Origin: Fistulifera solaris
Taxonomy: Eukaryota
NCBI GenBank assembly: GCA_030295235.1
Contig: AP026134.1
Location: 372,001 to 436,000 of the forward strand
Length of the DNA: 64,000 nucleotides
Direction of reading: 5' to 3'
Part shown: positions 1 through 10,503 of the stretch, piece after piece
Numbering within the stretch: position 1 is the stretch's first letter
Layout of the letters: each line of letters starts with the position of its first letter
Notes under the pieces: generated by a model
The model's input: the letters and a program-made list of their open reading frames with translations, nothing else
What the model was told of the DNA's origin: nothing
Databases searched by the model: none
Position numbers and translations under genes: made by a program

Positions 1-320
1 TTAGCCTTAATGAGCGTCAAAATAAATCCAGAATGTGTGCAGGTAAAGATGAGCTTTAATCAATGTTCGTTGTGAATAATATACAACACTCTGTTGGAAC
101 CTTTTGCCTCGACGCATTTTTGTGTTTGACTTCGAAGTCTTTTACACCTTGGCGGATGATGATGATCCGGATGGAAAAACATAATTACCGGTACGACTTT
201 GTCGAAATTTTGCTCATCGAAAAGATCCTGAGTACAGTATAGTACAGTGTGGGAACATATATTGGCATTAGCGAGGTGAAACGGCTCTAAATAAATAGCA
301 CAATAACATCCTCGCGCCAT

Positions 321-359
321 GACGAGGATTAGGATGAGGATGAGGACGACGAGGACGAG
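321..359. repeat. Short purine-rich (GAGGAT/GACGAG)n low-complexity tract upstream of paralog 1
   Basis: gacgaggattaggatgaggatgaggacgacgaggacgag; accounts for the spurious MRMRTTRT extension of ORF 319..1317. Confidence 0.6.
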
Positions 360-444
360 TTTTTATTTCTTGCGCATCATTGGATGGCCTGATCTTGCTT
401 TTCTTGTGAATAAATCGTATAACCTGCATAAACATCTCTTTAAA

Positions 445-1317
445 ATGAATCTGAACACACTGAAACTCCTTTTCGCCGCAACTATCGGGGCCAACGCTTC
501 TCTCGTCGATGTTATTGACTTCAAAAGCATTAACAGTCAGCTCCAGAACGAACAGAGAGACTTGCAAGGTATTTGCGACACCATTCTTCGAAATGTCCCC
601 ATTTTTAAAGGGTGCACCTGTGAACTGCAGTTCTTACAAAACACCGCCACAATCAGTTGTGACGATAAATGCCAGGGCTGCTCACGAACCGAAGACGTTT
701 GTGTGGTGGGCTCGTTCGACGCGACGATCGCAGTGACTACTCTCGAAGTGCAAAGAGTTGCCTTCCGGGTTGAACACAGCGGAGATGATAGTAGTCAGCG
801 CACGTTGCGGCTTGAAATAGTTGAAGGAGCAAACCCTGGTTGCAGCACATTCATCAATAATGTGAAATGCTCGTCCTGTACCTTGAGCACCACCAACATT
901 GATCTCAGTGCCAACTGCATTGATGCCGTCCATGACTGCCGTAACATTGGTTTTGGCCGCGTGGATGGATGCGACTTGACTGCTTTGCGAGCTCTTCCTT
1001 CAGAAAATCCATTCAGCGTTTTGACGAGCGATGTCCTCTTTCCTCTAGAGACTTGTCTAGCTCAGGATGGCGCGCCAGCTCCAGCACCAGTTCGAGCACC
1101 CGTTCCAGCTCCGGTTCGAGTCCCCGTGCCCGTTCCTGCCCCTGTTCGACCACCCGTTCCAGCTCCGGTTCGTGTTCCGGCACCTACTCCCACATTATCG
1201 GGAATTCCGCCAAAGAAAACTCCGCCAACTAACAAGGAAAAAGATCAATTGAAGCTTTTCAATTTTGATGCCGATAGAGGTGGCCTGAAGCGCAAGCTCA
1301 AGAGCGCTCGGGGCTAA
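445..1317 (+). CDS. Secreted Cys-rich protein, paralog 1 (signal peptide, RDLQ, 14-Cys domain, Pro-rich linker, basic tail)
   Basis: Likely start ATG 445 (MNLNTLKLLFAATIGANA = signal-peptide-like). 14 Cys align with paralogs at 2666 and 5112. (PVPAPVR)n linker. Ends RGGLKRKLKSARG. Confidence 0.85.
   Translation: MNLNTLKLLFAATIGANASLVDVIDFKSINSQLQNEQRDLQGICDTILRNVPIFKGCTCELQFLQNTATISCDDKCQGCSRTEDVCVVGSFDATIAVTTLEVQRVAFRVEHSGDDSSQRTLRLEIVEGANPGCSTFINNVKCSSCTLSTTNIDLSANCIDAVHDCRNIGFGRVDGCDLTALRALPSENPFSVLTSDVLFPLETCLAQDGAPAPAPVRAPVPAPVRVPVPVPAPVRPPVPAPVRVPAPTPTLSGIPPKKTPPTNKEKDQLKLFNFDADRGGLKRKLKSARG
1072..1190 (+). repeat. Coding tandem repeat PAPVR(A/V/P)PV
   Basis: About four imperfect ~24-30 bp units (e.g. 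ccagctccggttcg) in paralog 1; two units in paralog 2 (3283-3340). Confidence 0.8.
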
Positions 1318-2665
1318 TCTAATAGATACAGCTTTCCAAGGGGAAGGTTCAATGGCCGATCATCATATTTTTGTATGCGATTATAGCATAAAGCGGTATT
1401 AACAGTATTATTTAGTGTTCCTTGTGACGGAATCCACTTTCAAACTCTCTAAGGAAAGCAGCATAACACTGACTTGATTTTGAAACTAAACTTATCAAAT
1501 GCTTTATGCTAAAACGCGTTCAAGGTTTTTTCTTCCATGCTTCATCAAAGACCGATGCAAATTTAACATTTTAAGCGAAATATAAGCATTTATCATTTTT
1601 GTGTTATCGCTATTTTTATGGAGCAAAGCGCATTACCTGGTAGTGGTAGGTGTCCATCACCATCACCCATCATGATCGAGTTTAAGTGTACAAGGACGAC
1701 TTCGAATCAAAATTATGTCAATCCCGGACAATCTCTCACAAATCCTTTGTAGAAAGATATTCTGGTTTTAAACTTTATTGTATTCCAATAAGAATAAGAA
1801 AAGGGGCGTGTCATCTGCTTCCATTCTTGTTGTCGCTGTGGATGACTTAAATGCAACACAACGCATTACTTGTAGATGTCCAGTATGATTTGACTCCGGG
1901 GTGTTTTTGTTAATGTGAATTGTTTCAGTCCCGGATATTATTCACGAGTGTAAATTAATTACGGGGTACTCCGTATTATTTATCTCTAACCGCATCGCTA
2001 AAGCAAAAACACCGATCCATTTTCATTGCATTTATTAATCGCTCGACGTGTTAAGTCATGAACAATATGCACAGGGAGACGTATTGCGTTTTGAATTATT
2101 GCGCGGTTGAGAATTGTCACTCCGGAACTCTTTAATTGAAAGACGCCGACCGAGGACCCTCGTCCGTAAAGGATAGTCTAGTTAGCTACCTGGTAGGGCT
2201 AGTGGCTAGAGTGAACAAGAATACATTGTACCTGTTACCAGATATCATGGGGGCTATCGAAATGATTTTCCCACGCGTCGCCTCCCTCTTCATAAGAACA
2301 AAAAAAGCAAGATCAAAAGTCGACGATGATAGAATTTTCTTTTGGCTTGTTACTAGTACACTCCGTTCTACTGTAATTAATGAGTCCGATCGTTTCAGCA
2401 AGCCACGAACCAACAACTGCGAGAGCTATGAGAAAAATAGCCCAGCATTACAGTTAGAAGGAAGCCATTTACTTAGATGATTCCAAAACCGTATGTTAGA
2501 CCAACGGACACATGCATGCGGCCCCGTGTCCATTATCATTTGACCTATTTACCAGAATCAACCGACCGAGATGTCGAAGAATGTCAATAACCATCGATCA
2601 CATAAATCCATCGTCTTTGGTCTTTTTTAAAAATAAATCTATCCATTACGTTCTGCTTCGTCGCA

Positions 2666-3468
2666 ATGAGGTCTTACTTTATTTTAATTTTCTTCTCAAC
2701 TGCAGCACGAGCTGTTCCCTTGATTGATCTATCGCAAGTCGATGATCTCCGAAGGGATCTCGTTGATTCCGACCGCGAGTTGCAATTCGATGGAGTCTGC
2801 ACCGAATTGTTGAGCGTATTTCCCTTGACGGATGCCGATGTAACATAAATGCCCTGCAGAACAACGTTCAAGTTGTTTGCTCGAATTATTGCAACATTTG
2901 CTCTTCAACTGAAGACCTGTGTGTTGCATATTCGTATACGGTTCAGTTCTCTCTGGCGCCCCCTTTGCAACCGCAACGAGCGGTTATCCGTGAAGTCCAA
3001 ACGGGCCAAGACAGTAGCAAGAGTACGCTGGTGATCGAAACCCGATACAACTCAAACCAAGTGCTGCTTTCTTGCTCCACATCAATCAACAATCAGCAAT
3101 GTTCTTCGTGTGTCATTAATAATTCATGCGGTGATGCCATTCATGACTGCCGAAATGTTGGACTCCCCGCTGTTGTCGACGCGTGCAACAAAAACCAGCT
3201 TTCTGCACTGCCTTCGACCAACCCGTTTTCCACGCTCGCGAACGATGAGCTCAAATTCGATCAATGCTCGGCGCCTCAGAATCCTGCACCAGTTCGAGCA
3301 CCCGTTCCTGCACCGGTTCGCGCTCCTGTTCCAACTCCAACATCCTCTGGAATCCCGCCGAAGAAAACCATCCCGACAAACAAGGAGAAAGATCAACTGA
3401 AGCTTTCGAATTTTGATGCCGATAGAGGGGGTCTTACGCGCAAACTGAAGAGCATCAGGGGGAAATAA
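2666..3468 (+). CDS. Secreted Cys-rich protein, paralog 2 (one 1-bp frameshift near 2822)
   Basis: MRSYFILIFFSTAARA signal peptide, then RELQ. Adding one C in tttccc-ttgac gives FPLDGCRCNINALQNNVQVVCSNYCNICSSTEDLCV, in frame with ORF 2965..3468. 14 Cys; tail nearly identical to paralog 1. Confidence 0.8.
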
Positions 3469-3585
3469 GTTCCTTTCAATGCTAATTATGCACCAACTGA
3501 TCAAAGTCGGGCGGAATCGATGCCTTAATATGATACATTACTGTACGCTTATGAATAACTATTGCGTTCAAATATTTTCATCACT

Positions 3586-4691
3586 TTATTTACTTTCTAA
3601 AACCATATCAGCGTGATGTCTAGACGTCTCGTGTATCCAAGCAGAGTTTAGGACTGAATAGTAGGCCAACGAGGATACGGATATGAGCTATGGCTAGTTT
3701 CGTCCGAGAATAACAAAATATCTTCGAACACTACTTACCGTCATTACTGTCAGCTTTTCTTTCAGCTCCAATTCTACCTTCTCCCCATAGAATCATTTTC
3801 TCTTCTGTCCAAGTTTTCAAGTGCCTATTGATAAGTCTCTCTCGTTGCTCTTCAAGAGTTGTGCAGGAGATATACCTGACCGATAGAATGCACATAAGGA
3901 TTGTGTAATGAACTGCATTGACAGAGAAGATCGAGGACTTACCATGTTTCATCGAAGATTCCCTTGAGCGGAGCCCAGGCTGGATCATCCCACGCCAACA
4001 GATAATTTCCCTCTAGCAACACGATCGTGTGGGTTAGTTCTAAAGAGACACCGTCGGGTATTGGATCACTCACGCTGCGATCGTAAATTGGTAAATTAGC
4101 AGTGCCCTTTTCCCGAGCTTCTTGGAAGGCTGCTATACATGCCTGGGCGTTAAAAGTCCACGGGGCACCTCGGCGCTTCAAAAGCTCTTCGTAAGTGTAT
4201 ACGGCTCCTTCTGTTTCAGCCATCTTTTTCAACTCGGCTCTACTGTAGTGAAACCCATCCATAGGAATGGCAACCGCCATTCCCTCTTTTAACCGCACAT
4301 TAATTCGCTTCGCAACCTCATACGCCAAGGTCGACTTGCCCGAGCCGGGCCCTCCCGCAATCGCTATAAATAGTTGTCCATTTCGCAGATTATCCTTATT
4401 AACATCGTAGAGATGAATGACCCGCTTCGCCAAATCTTTGTAAAGTGCTGTAGCAGTAACGTATTCTGTCTCGAGGTCCTCGGGTAAGCTGAACGACATG
4501 GTGCGTTCGTGTTTCTGTTCATCATGTTGGGTCTGAGGCTCGAAATGAAAATGCTCGTTTCGGTCTTCAAATATACTCTCCACTTTATCTTCGCGAGTCA
4601 TATCCTCCATCTCCATGTCTTCCAAAGACGACGCTCGCCGTCGCATGGAAGAACGAGGGTTCGACTCGACATGGTCCTCTTTGGTAAGCAT
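3586..4691 (-). CDS. P-loop kinase of the uridine/pantothenate/phosphoribulokinase superfamily (YggC/YFH7-like), 3 exons
   Basis: IAIAGGPGSGKST Walker A; IPMDGFH, RRGAPWTF, VLLEGNYLL motifs. Intron 3942-3876 joins FDETW-YISC; a second intron from ~3738 leads to LNSAWIHETSRHHADMVLESK* ending at 3586. Confidence 0.8.
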
Positions 4692-5111
4692 CTTTGTGGC
4701 GGCTACTAATACTGAAGAAGCAAATGGCTACGATAAATTTGAAGCACTCTTGCGAATGAGAATTTGTAATCCAGTGGAACGAGTGAGCCGCATTCTTCCC
4801 GATTCCCAATAAAGCGTGTGTTGGTGGCAAAAAATGGCAAAAGAACTTCGATCGATTTTCCAAGGAAATCATCGGTGTCGCCTTGATGTCAAATTCTCCA
4901 TCTGTTTTTGTGTTTAAGGTACCCTCTACCCCCTACATAATGTGACTGTGCTGCACAAACTCTATCACGTTTTATAGATAACAATGGATTCGCTAAGAAT
5001 TGGCAATTGGCACTCACGGTTCTCGGATTCCATCAAACCATTTTTAAAAGACACAACAGCACAACATGCTCGTGTCATCCGTTGACAGCGATAAAACAAT
5101 AACAATAGCAA

Positions 5112-5885
5112 ATGAACCCATCGCTCCTTTCTCTAGCATTGCTATTATTTCAGCGTACTCACGCTGACCTGTTGGAGAAGGAAGACGTTTTTAATGATCA
5201 CAACCCGCCAGCCCCCTTCGATCAAAGAGACCTTCAAAATGCCAACGCCTGCAATCAAATTCTTCGGGAGTTACCAGATGGGTGTACATGTGCGTCTTCG
5301 AGTGCGGCGGGAACTTTTCTGGCTACTTGTAGCCGGTTTTGTCAACGGTGCATGTCGCCCCAACAAATTTGCGTGACGTATTCTTTGAAATTTGAATACC
5401 GACGAAATAATGCGAACCTCCAATACATCCCAAGATCCATTGAATACCAGGCCTCCTACACAGGACGTGACAGTGCCAAGGTCGGATTCTCGTACAAGAC
5501 AAACTATGATACGTCCTTTAACGCGCAAACCTGTACGTCCTCCATTGATGGTAAAAACTGCATTTGTGAAGTGGACCAAAGTGCCTCGTGTGTGGGAGAG
5601 TTGCGGCACAATTGTGCGCGAGCGGGTGTAACATCGGGTGTCTTTGAAGCTTGTCGTCGGGGATCACCTTCACAGCTGGCCTTGAACAGTCCCTTTCTGG
5701 CTTTCACACGGGCCGAGCTTCGCATCGAAACTTGTGGACTCGATATCATTCCCGACCCGCGGACGGTGATCCCTCCAAAGAAGAGTTTACCCGACCGAAA
5801 CAAAGATTTGCTCAAACTTTCTATTCCAGCGGATGGGCTGCGTGGTAGTTTAACCAGAAAGATGCGTGTTCGTGGATCACGATGA
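5112..5885 (+). CDS. Secreted Cys-rich protein, paralog 3 (divergent, no Pro-rich linker)
   Basis: MNPSLLSLALLLFQRTHA signal peptide; RDLQ; 14 Cys in register with paralogs 1 and 2; tail IPPKKSLPDRNKDLLKL...RGSLTRKMRVRGSR. Confidence 0.85.
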   Translation: MNPSLLSLALLLFQRTHADLLEKEDVFNDHNPPAPFDQRDLQNANACNQILRELPDGCTCASSSAAGTFLATCSRFCQRCMSPQQICVTYSLKFEYRRNNANLQYIPRSIEYQASYTGRDSAKVGFSYKTNYDTSFNAQTCTSSIDGKNCICEVDQSASCVGELRHNCARAGVTSGVFEACRRGSPSQLALNSPFLAFTRAELRIETCGLDIIPDPRTVIPPKKSLPDRNKDLLKLSIPADGLRGSLTRKMRVRGSR

Positions 5886-6293
5886 TGCGCTTATGATTGT
5901 GTTTCAATTCTGCCGCGATATTAGCATTAAATTCACGCTTTACGTTAAGCTTCTTCATGTTCTTGTCAATGCTGCCTTTCATCTGAATTTCCAATACATT
6001 AAACAATCAATGTAGCCTATAGCTAACAGGAAGATAGACAAGAAGGAAATAATACTCCGCGATAAAGCTAGAGGGCTCCCATCGAGGCATTAACCCTACT
6101 GTAGCTCACATAAGATACTGCTGCGTTTTCGCGCCATTATTTATTTTGCGCCAAGTTGCCGATACGACACGGCATTTTTTGCAACACGAGAACGACACAA
6201 GAAAAAAGTTTGTTTGCCTGAAGGCGCTGAGAACGAGCAACAAAAAAAGAGCGCACGAAATCCCGTGTCATTTCCTTTAAATACTATAATACC

Positions 6294-9200
6294 ATGCACA
6301 TCAAACATATTACAATATCCAACTTTCGATCTTTTCGTGATCAAACGCAGATTGAAGCTTTCTCTCCGGCGCTCAACTCGGGTAGGTGTGACACTCGACA
6401 GAGTCGTCTTTGGTGGTAGCGCCGCATGTCTCTCACGATGATTTATTTCTCTTACGTTGCTTTATGTGATGCTTCACTTCAAAGTCATTGGACGAAATGG
6501 AAGTGGAAAAAGTAACCTTTTCGATGCGGTGCAGTTTTGTTTATTAGCTCCGCGATTCGCCAACTTGCGACAGGTACGAAAATTATTCTTCCTATATAGA
6601 GCAATGCTGACATTCAAATGTTCTAACAGTCACTTGTATTTTCAGGAAGAACGACAAGCTTTGTTGCATGAGGGATCTGGATCAGCTGCGGTCAACGCGT
6701 ATGTTGAAATTGTGTTTGACAACTCGGATCATCGCTTCAATTTAGAGCAATCCGACGAGGTTGTCTTGCGACGAACGATTGGTGTGCACAAGGACGAGTT
6801 CTTTTGCAAAGCAAACGCACCACCAAGAGCGAAATTCAAAGCCTTTTAGAGAGTGCTGGATTTTCGAAATCGAATCCGTACTTCATCGTCCAGCAAGGAA
6901 AGATTCAGGACTTGTGTACCATGTCTGACGCGGATCGTTTGAAGTGGCTGCAAGAAGTTGCCGGTACCGTCTTGTACGATGAGAAGAAGCAGGAGTCAAC
7001 GCGCAAAATGGCAGAGAATGCTAGCAGTCGGGAGAAAATTGACGATATGCTCCAGGACATGGACGCCAAGCTCAAAGAACTCGAAAGCGAACGTGACGAG
7101 TTGACGCAATACACGGAACTCGATAAGCGCCGTCGAGCCGTGGAGTATTCCTTGTACGATGCCGAACACCGAAAGGCGATCCAATGGTTCCAGGCACTTG
7201 AGGACGAGCGAGCGAATCACTTTGAACATCTCAGAGATTTGCACGAGAAAGCAAAATCGACGCACGATGCCATCCGCAATGCCGAAGCCACCCTCAAGGC
7301 CGTGTCACATCAAGCAAAACGCAATCGAAACAACTTGCAAGTGATTATTCAAGATTACAAAGAGGCCTCTGTACAGTCGACGCAACTACAAGGACAAGTA
7401 CGCGAGTATCAAGAATCTCTCTCCTCGACCACGGAGCAGCTGGAGAAGAACAAGAAGGAGTTGGTCCATATTGAAGCGGAAATGACGCGTGTGCGTGCCG
7501 AACTGAAGGAGAAACAGGCAATCTTTGACCAAGCTTCCGAAAAGCTCATGATATTGAAAGATCGCCGGGAGCAAGCGGGTATTGAAGTGGAAGCTCTGTA
7601 TGCAAAGCAAGGTCGTGGGCGACAATATGAAACCAAAGAAGAGCGTGATTCATTCTTGAAGAGCACACTCTCTGATCTCGAAACAGCCCGTGCCGAGAAG
7701 CAAGCTGAGTTGGAGCAAAGTCGTGACACATTAGCAAACCTTCGACGCACTTTGGAGCAAGAGACTCAGCAGATTAATCAGCTCAAGAGAGAAGTTCAGA
7801 CCGGTTCCGCCAATCTCCAACAAGTGACCAAATCTATCGAGGAGAAGAAAAGTCAAAGGCTGAAGGCACACGACGCTCGCAAAGAAGAATACCGAAAGCT
7901 TGAAGAGTTGCATGATGTGGTCAGAGAAGCACGGGAAAAGCACAAGCAAGCAGTCTTTGACACCCGGAAAACCATGCCGAAAGCGACTGCTTTGGGAATT
8001 GAAGCCCTCAGCAGCATTGTCGAGCAGGAGGGCTTGGTACAAGGAAAGCACTATTTTGGCTCGCTCATGTCGAATTTCACTCTCCGGCACCCCAAGTACA
8101 AAACCGCTGTTGAAATCGCTGCTGGCAACAGTTTGTTCCACGTGATCGTTGACACGGACGATACGGCAAGCCGGCTCATGAAACGACTAGAGAGTCAGAA
8201 ACTTGGCCGTGTGACATTCTTGCCTCTGAACAGGCTCCGAGTCGATGATCTTGTCAAGATTCCCGATGGAAATAGCGACATCCGGTCGATGCTTGACCTG
8301 TGCATTCAGTACGATGCGACTGTGAAAGTCGCGATGCAGCATGTGTTCGGTAAGAAGCTCCTGGCGCGCACTACCGACGTTGCAGCAGATTGGAGCAAGA
8401 AGCTTCAAGCAGATGCGATAACTCTCGATGGTGATTTATGCAGCCGAAAAGGTGCCTTGACTGGTGGATACGTCGACGCCAACAAGAGTCGCCTCAGTGC
8501 TTATCAAAATCAAGAAGAGTCGAAAACAGCATTGTTAGAGGCCGAGCGCTTATATCAAGAAAGTGAAGTAAATGCAAAACTTGCCGACCAAGCAGCAACA
8601 TCTGTCGTGCAAGAATTGCAAAAATTAGAGGCCAAACACGGAGAGTTGTTGCATATGCTTGATTCTAAAGAAAACAACCTTGAACGATTGCAAGCCCGAC
8701 TTGTTCAACGTCAAAAGCAGACGCATAGCGCTGAAACAACTCTCATTCCTGGAATTGAACGTTCTTTAGCGAAACTTGAAGCGGACATGAAACGCATCGA
8801 GGATGAAATGGGGACTGAATTGACTAAGTCCTTATCCATGTCTGAACGAGAACGCTTGAACGATCTCAAGCAGTTACAAACAGATCTTTTGAACGAAATC
8901 GAGGATCAGAATGAACGGGTCTTGCACGCCAGCACAGATCGACAGAAGCTGGAAAGCTTGTTGCATGATAACTTGATGCAACGTCACAAAGAGGTCAGCG
9001 AAAGCAGCGGAATCGACGACAATGATGGACCTGAATTCCTCTCCCCTCGGAAAAGCCGTGTCTTCTCGTCAACCGATATTCAAGAGCACCGTCTCGCTGA
9101 GAGTCGTCGCCAGTTGGAAGTTCAAACAAAAATTTTGGAAGACCTTGAAGCGCGCCTTACTGAGGCTCGAGCTTTAGACGAGAAATTTGGAGCAGAAATT

Positions 9201-10372
9201 TTGGTTGCAAAGAATGAATTAGAACAGCAGAAAAGCCAAGATGCGAAAAATGTTGAGGCCCTGAGTGCGGCTCAAGACAAATCGGAGCGTTTATTGAACA
9301 AGGTTAGTAATTTGGAGTCTATGACGACGCATCGTGTTACATCTTTTACTAACACTTTCACCGTTCTATCAGCGTTGCATGACCATCTCAAAGCGCGATA
9401 TGTATGCTCGTAAAATCCAGGAACTGGGATCGTTGCCGAAGAAGTCTGAACTCGACAAGGTCAGCGGAAAGTCTATCCAAGAACTGATGCGCATTTTGGA
9501 GGGTATCAACAAAGAGCTGAAGAAGTACTCGCACGTAAACAAGAAAGCATTTGATCAGTACGTCAACTTCAATGAACAACGCGATCAACTCCTGAAACGA
9601 AAAGAAGAACTTGACCAGGGTGCAGAAAAGGTAAAAGAACTAATCGAAAGCTTGGACCGTCAAAAGATGAGGCCATCAATCGAACGTTCCGAGGTGTCCG
9701 CAAGCACTTCAAACAAGTTTTCAAGCTGCTTGTTCCGGATGGTGCTGGTGAGCTCATCATGCGCACAGAAATGGATGAAGAGGTCTCTGAAAGCGACGAT
9801 GATTCGTCGGACGATGAAGAAAACGCCAAGAGTGTTGATAAAGCCAATCCAGATATTAGTCTCTATCGTGGAATTGGCATCAAGGTTCAATTTGCTAAAT
9901 ATGGGGAGAACTACATTATGTCGCAGCTATCGGGTGGACAAAAGCTCTTGTGGCGCTTGCGCTTATTTTCGCTATCCAGCGATGCGATCCTGCTCCTTTC
10001 TATTTGTTCGACGAACTTGACCAAGCCTTGGATTCTTCGTACCGTGCTTCTGTGGCCAACTTGATCAAGAACCAGGCAGTTGACGAGAAAAATCCTGCAC
10101 AGTTCATCGTAAGCACTTTCCGGCCAGAATTGGTCGCGGCAGCTAACGCTTGGTTTGGTATTAGTCACCAAAACAAGGTCAGTAATCTCCATTCCTTGAG
10201 TCGGACGGATTCTCTACACTTCATTGCCAACCTAATGGAAGAGGAAGCCGTAGGAGACGTAACTACTGTGAACACATCCAAGATATCGCGTGCAACCCGC
10301 GAGTCTCGCAAGCGCAAGTCGATTGAGAACGATCCCGAGGAAGAAGAGAATTATGATGACAACAACGATTAG
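6294..10372 (+). CDS. SMC3: Cohesin subunit SMC3
   Basis: MHIKHITISNFRSF start at 6294; GRNGSGKSN Walker A; GFSKSNPYFIVQQGKI; hinge GRVTFLPLN and GALTGG; LSGGQ signature; CDPAPFYLFDELDQALD Walker B. Introns 6382-6484, ~6573-6646, ~9303-9372. Homopolymer frameshifts near 6803, 9665 and 9942. Confidence 0.95.
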
Positions 10373-10503
10373 GAATAGTTGGAGTTGATAATACCTGTTA
10401 CTAGTGATCAGTAAACGGTGAATAACGATTAATTTGCAAGACTCGCAATTTCAATACAATGTGCGTGCTACTACCTAATTAAATCTACCTCGTCCATGGC
10501 TAT

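Noticed and set aside
319..444. 42-aa N-terminal extension of paralog 1
   Set aside because: Derives from a low-complexity tract; the signal peptide and paralog alignment begin at ATG 445
1320..2140. AT-rich stretch as a possible centromere-like region
   Set aside because: Short and only modestly AT-rich; similar tracts occur elsewhere (13300-13750); cannot be supported from sequence alone
6800..9950. Programmed ribosomal frameshifting or split genes in SMC3 and others
   Set aside because: Indels go in both directions, sit in arbitrary homopolymers and share no slippery-site or stop context; sequencing error is more parsimonious
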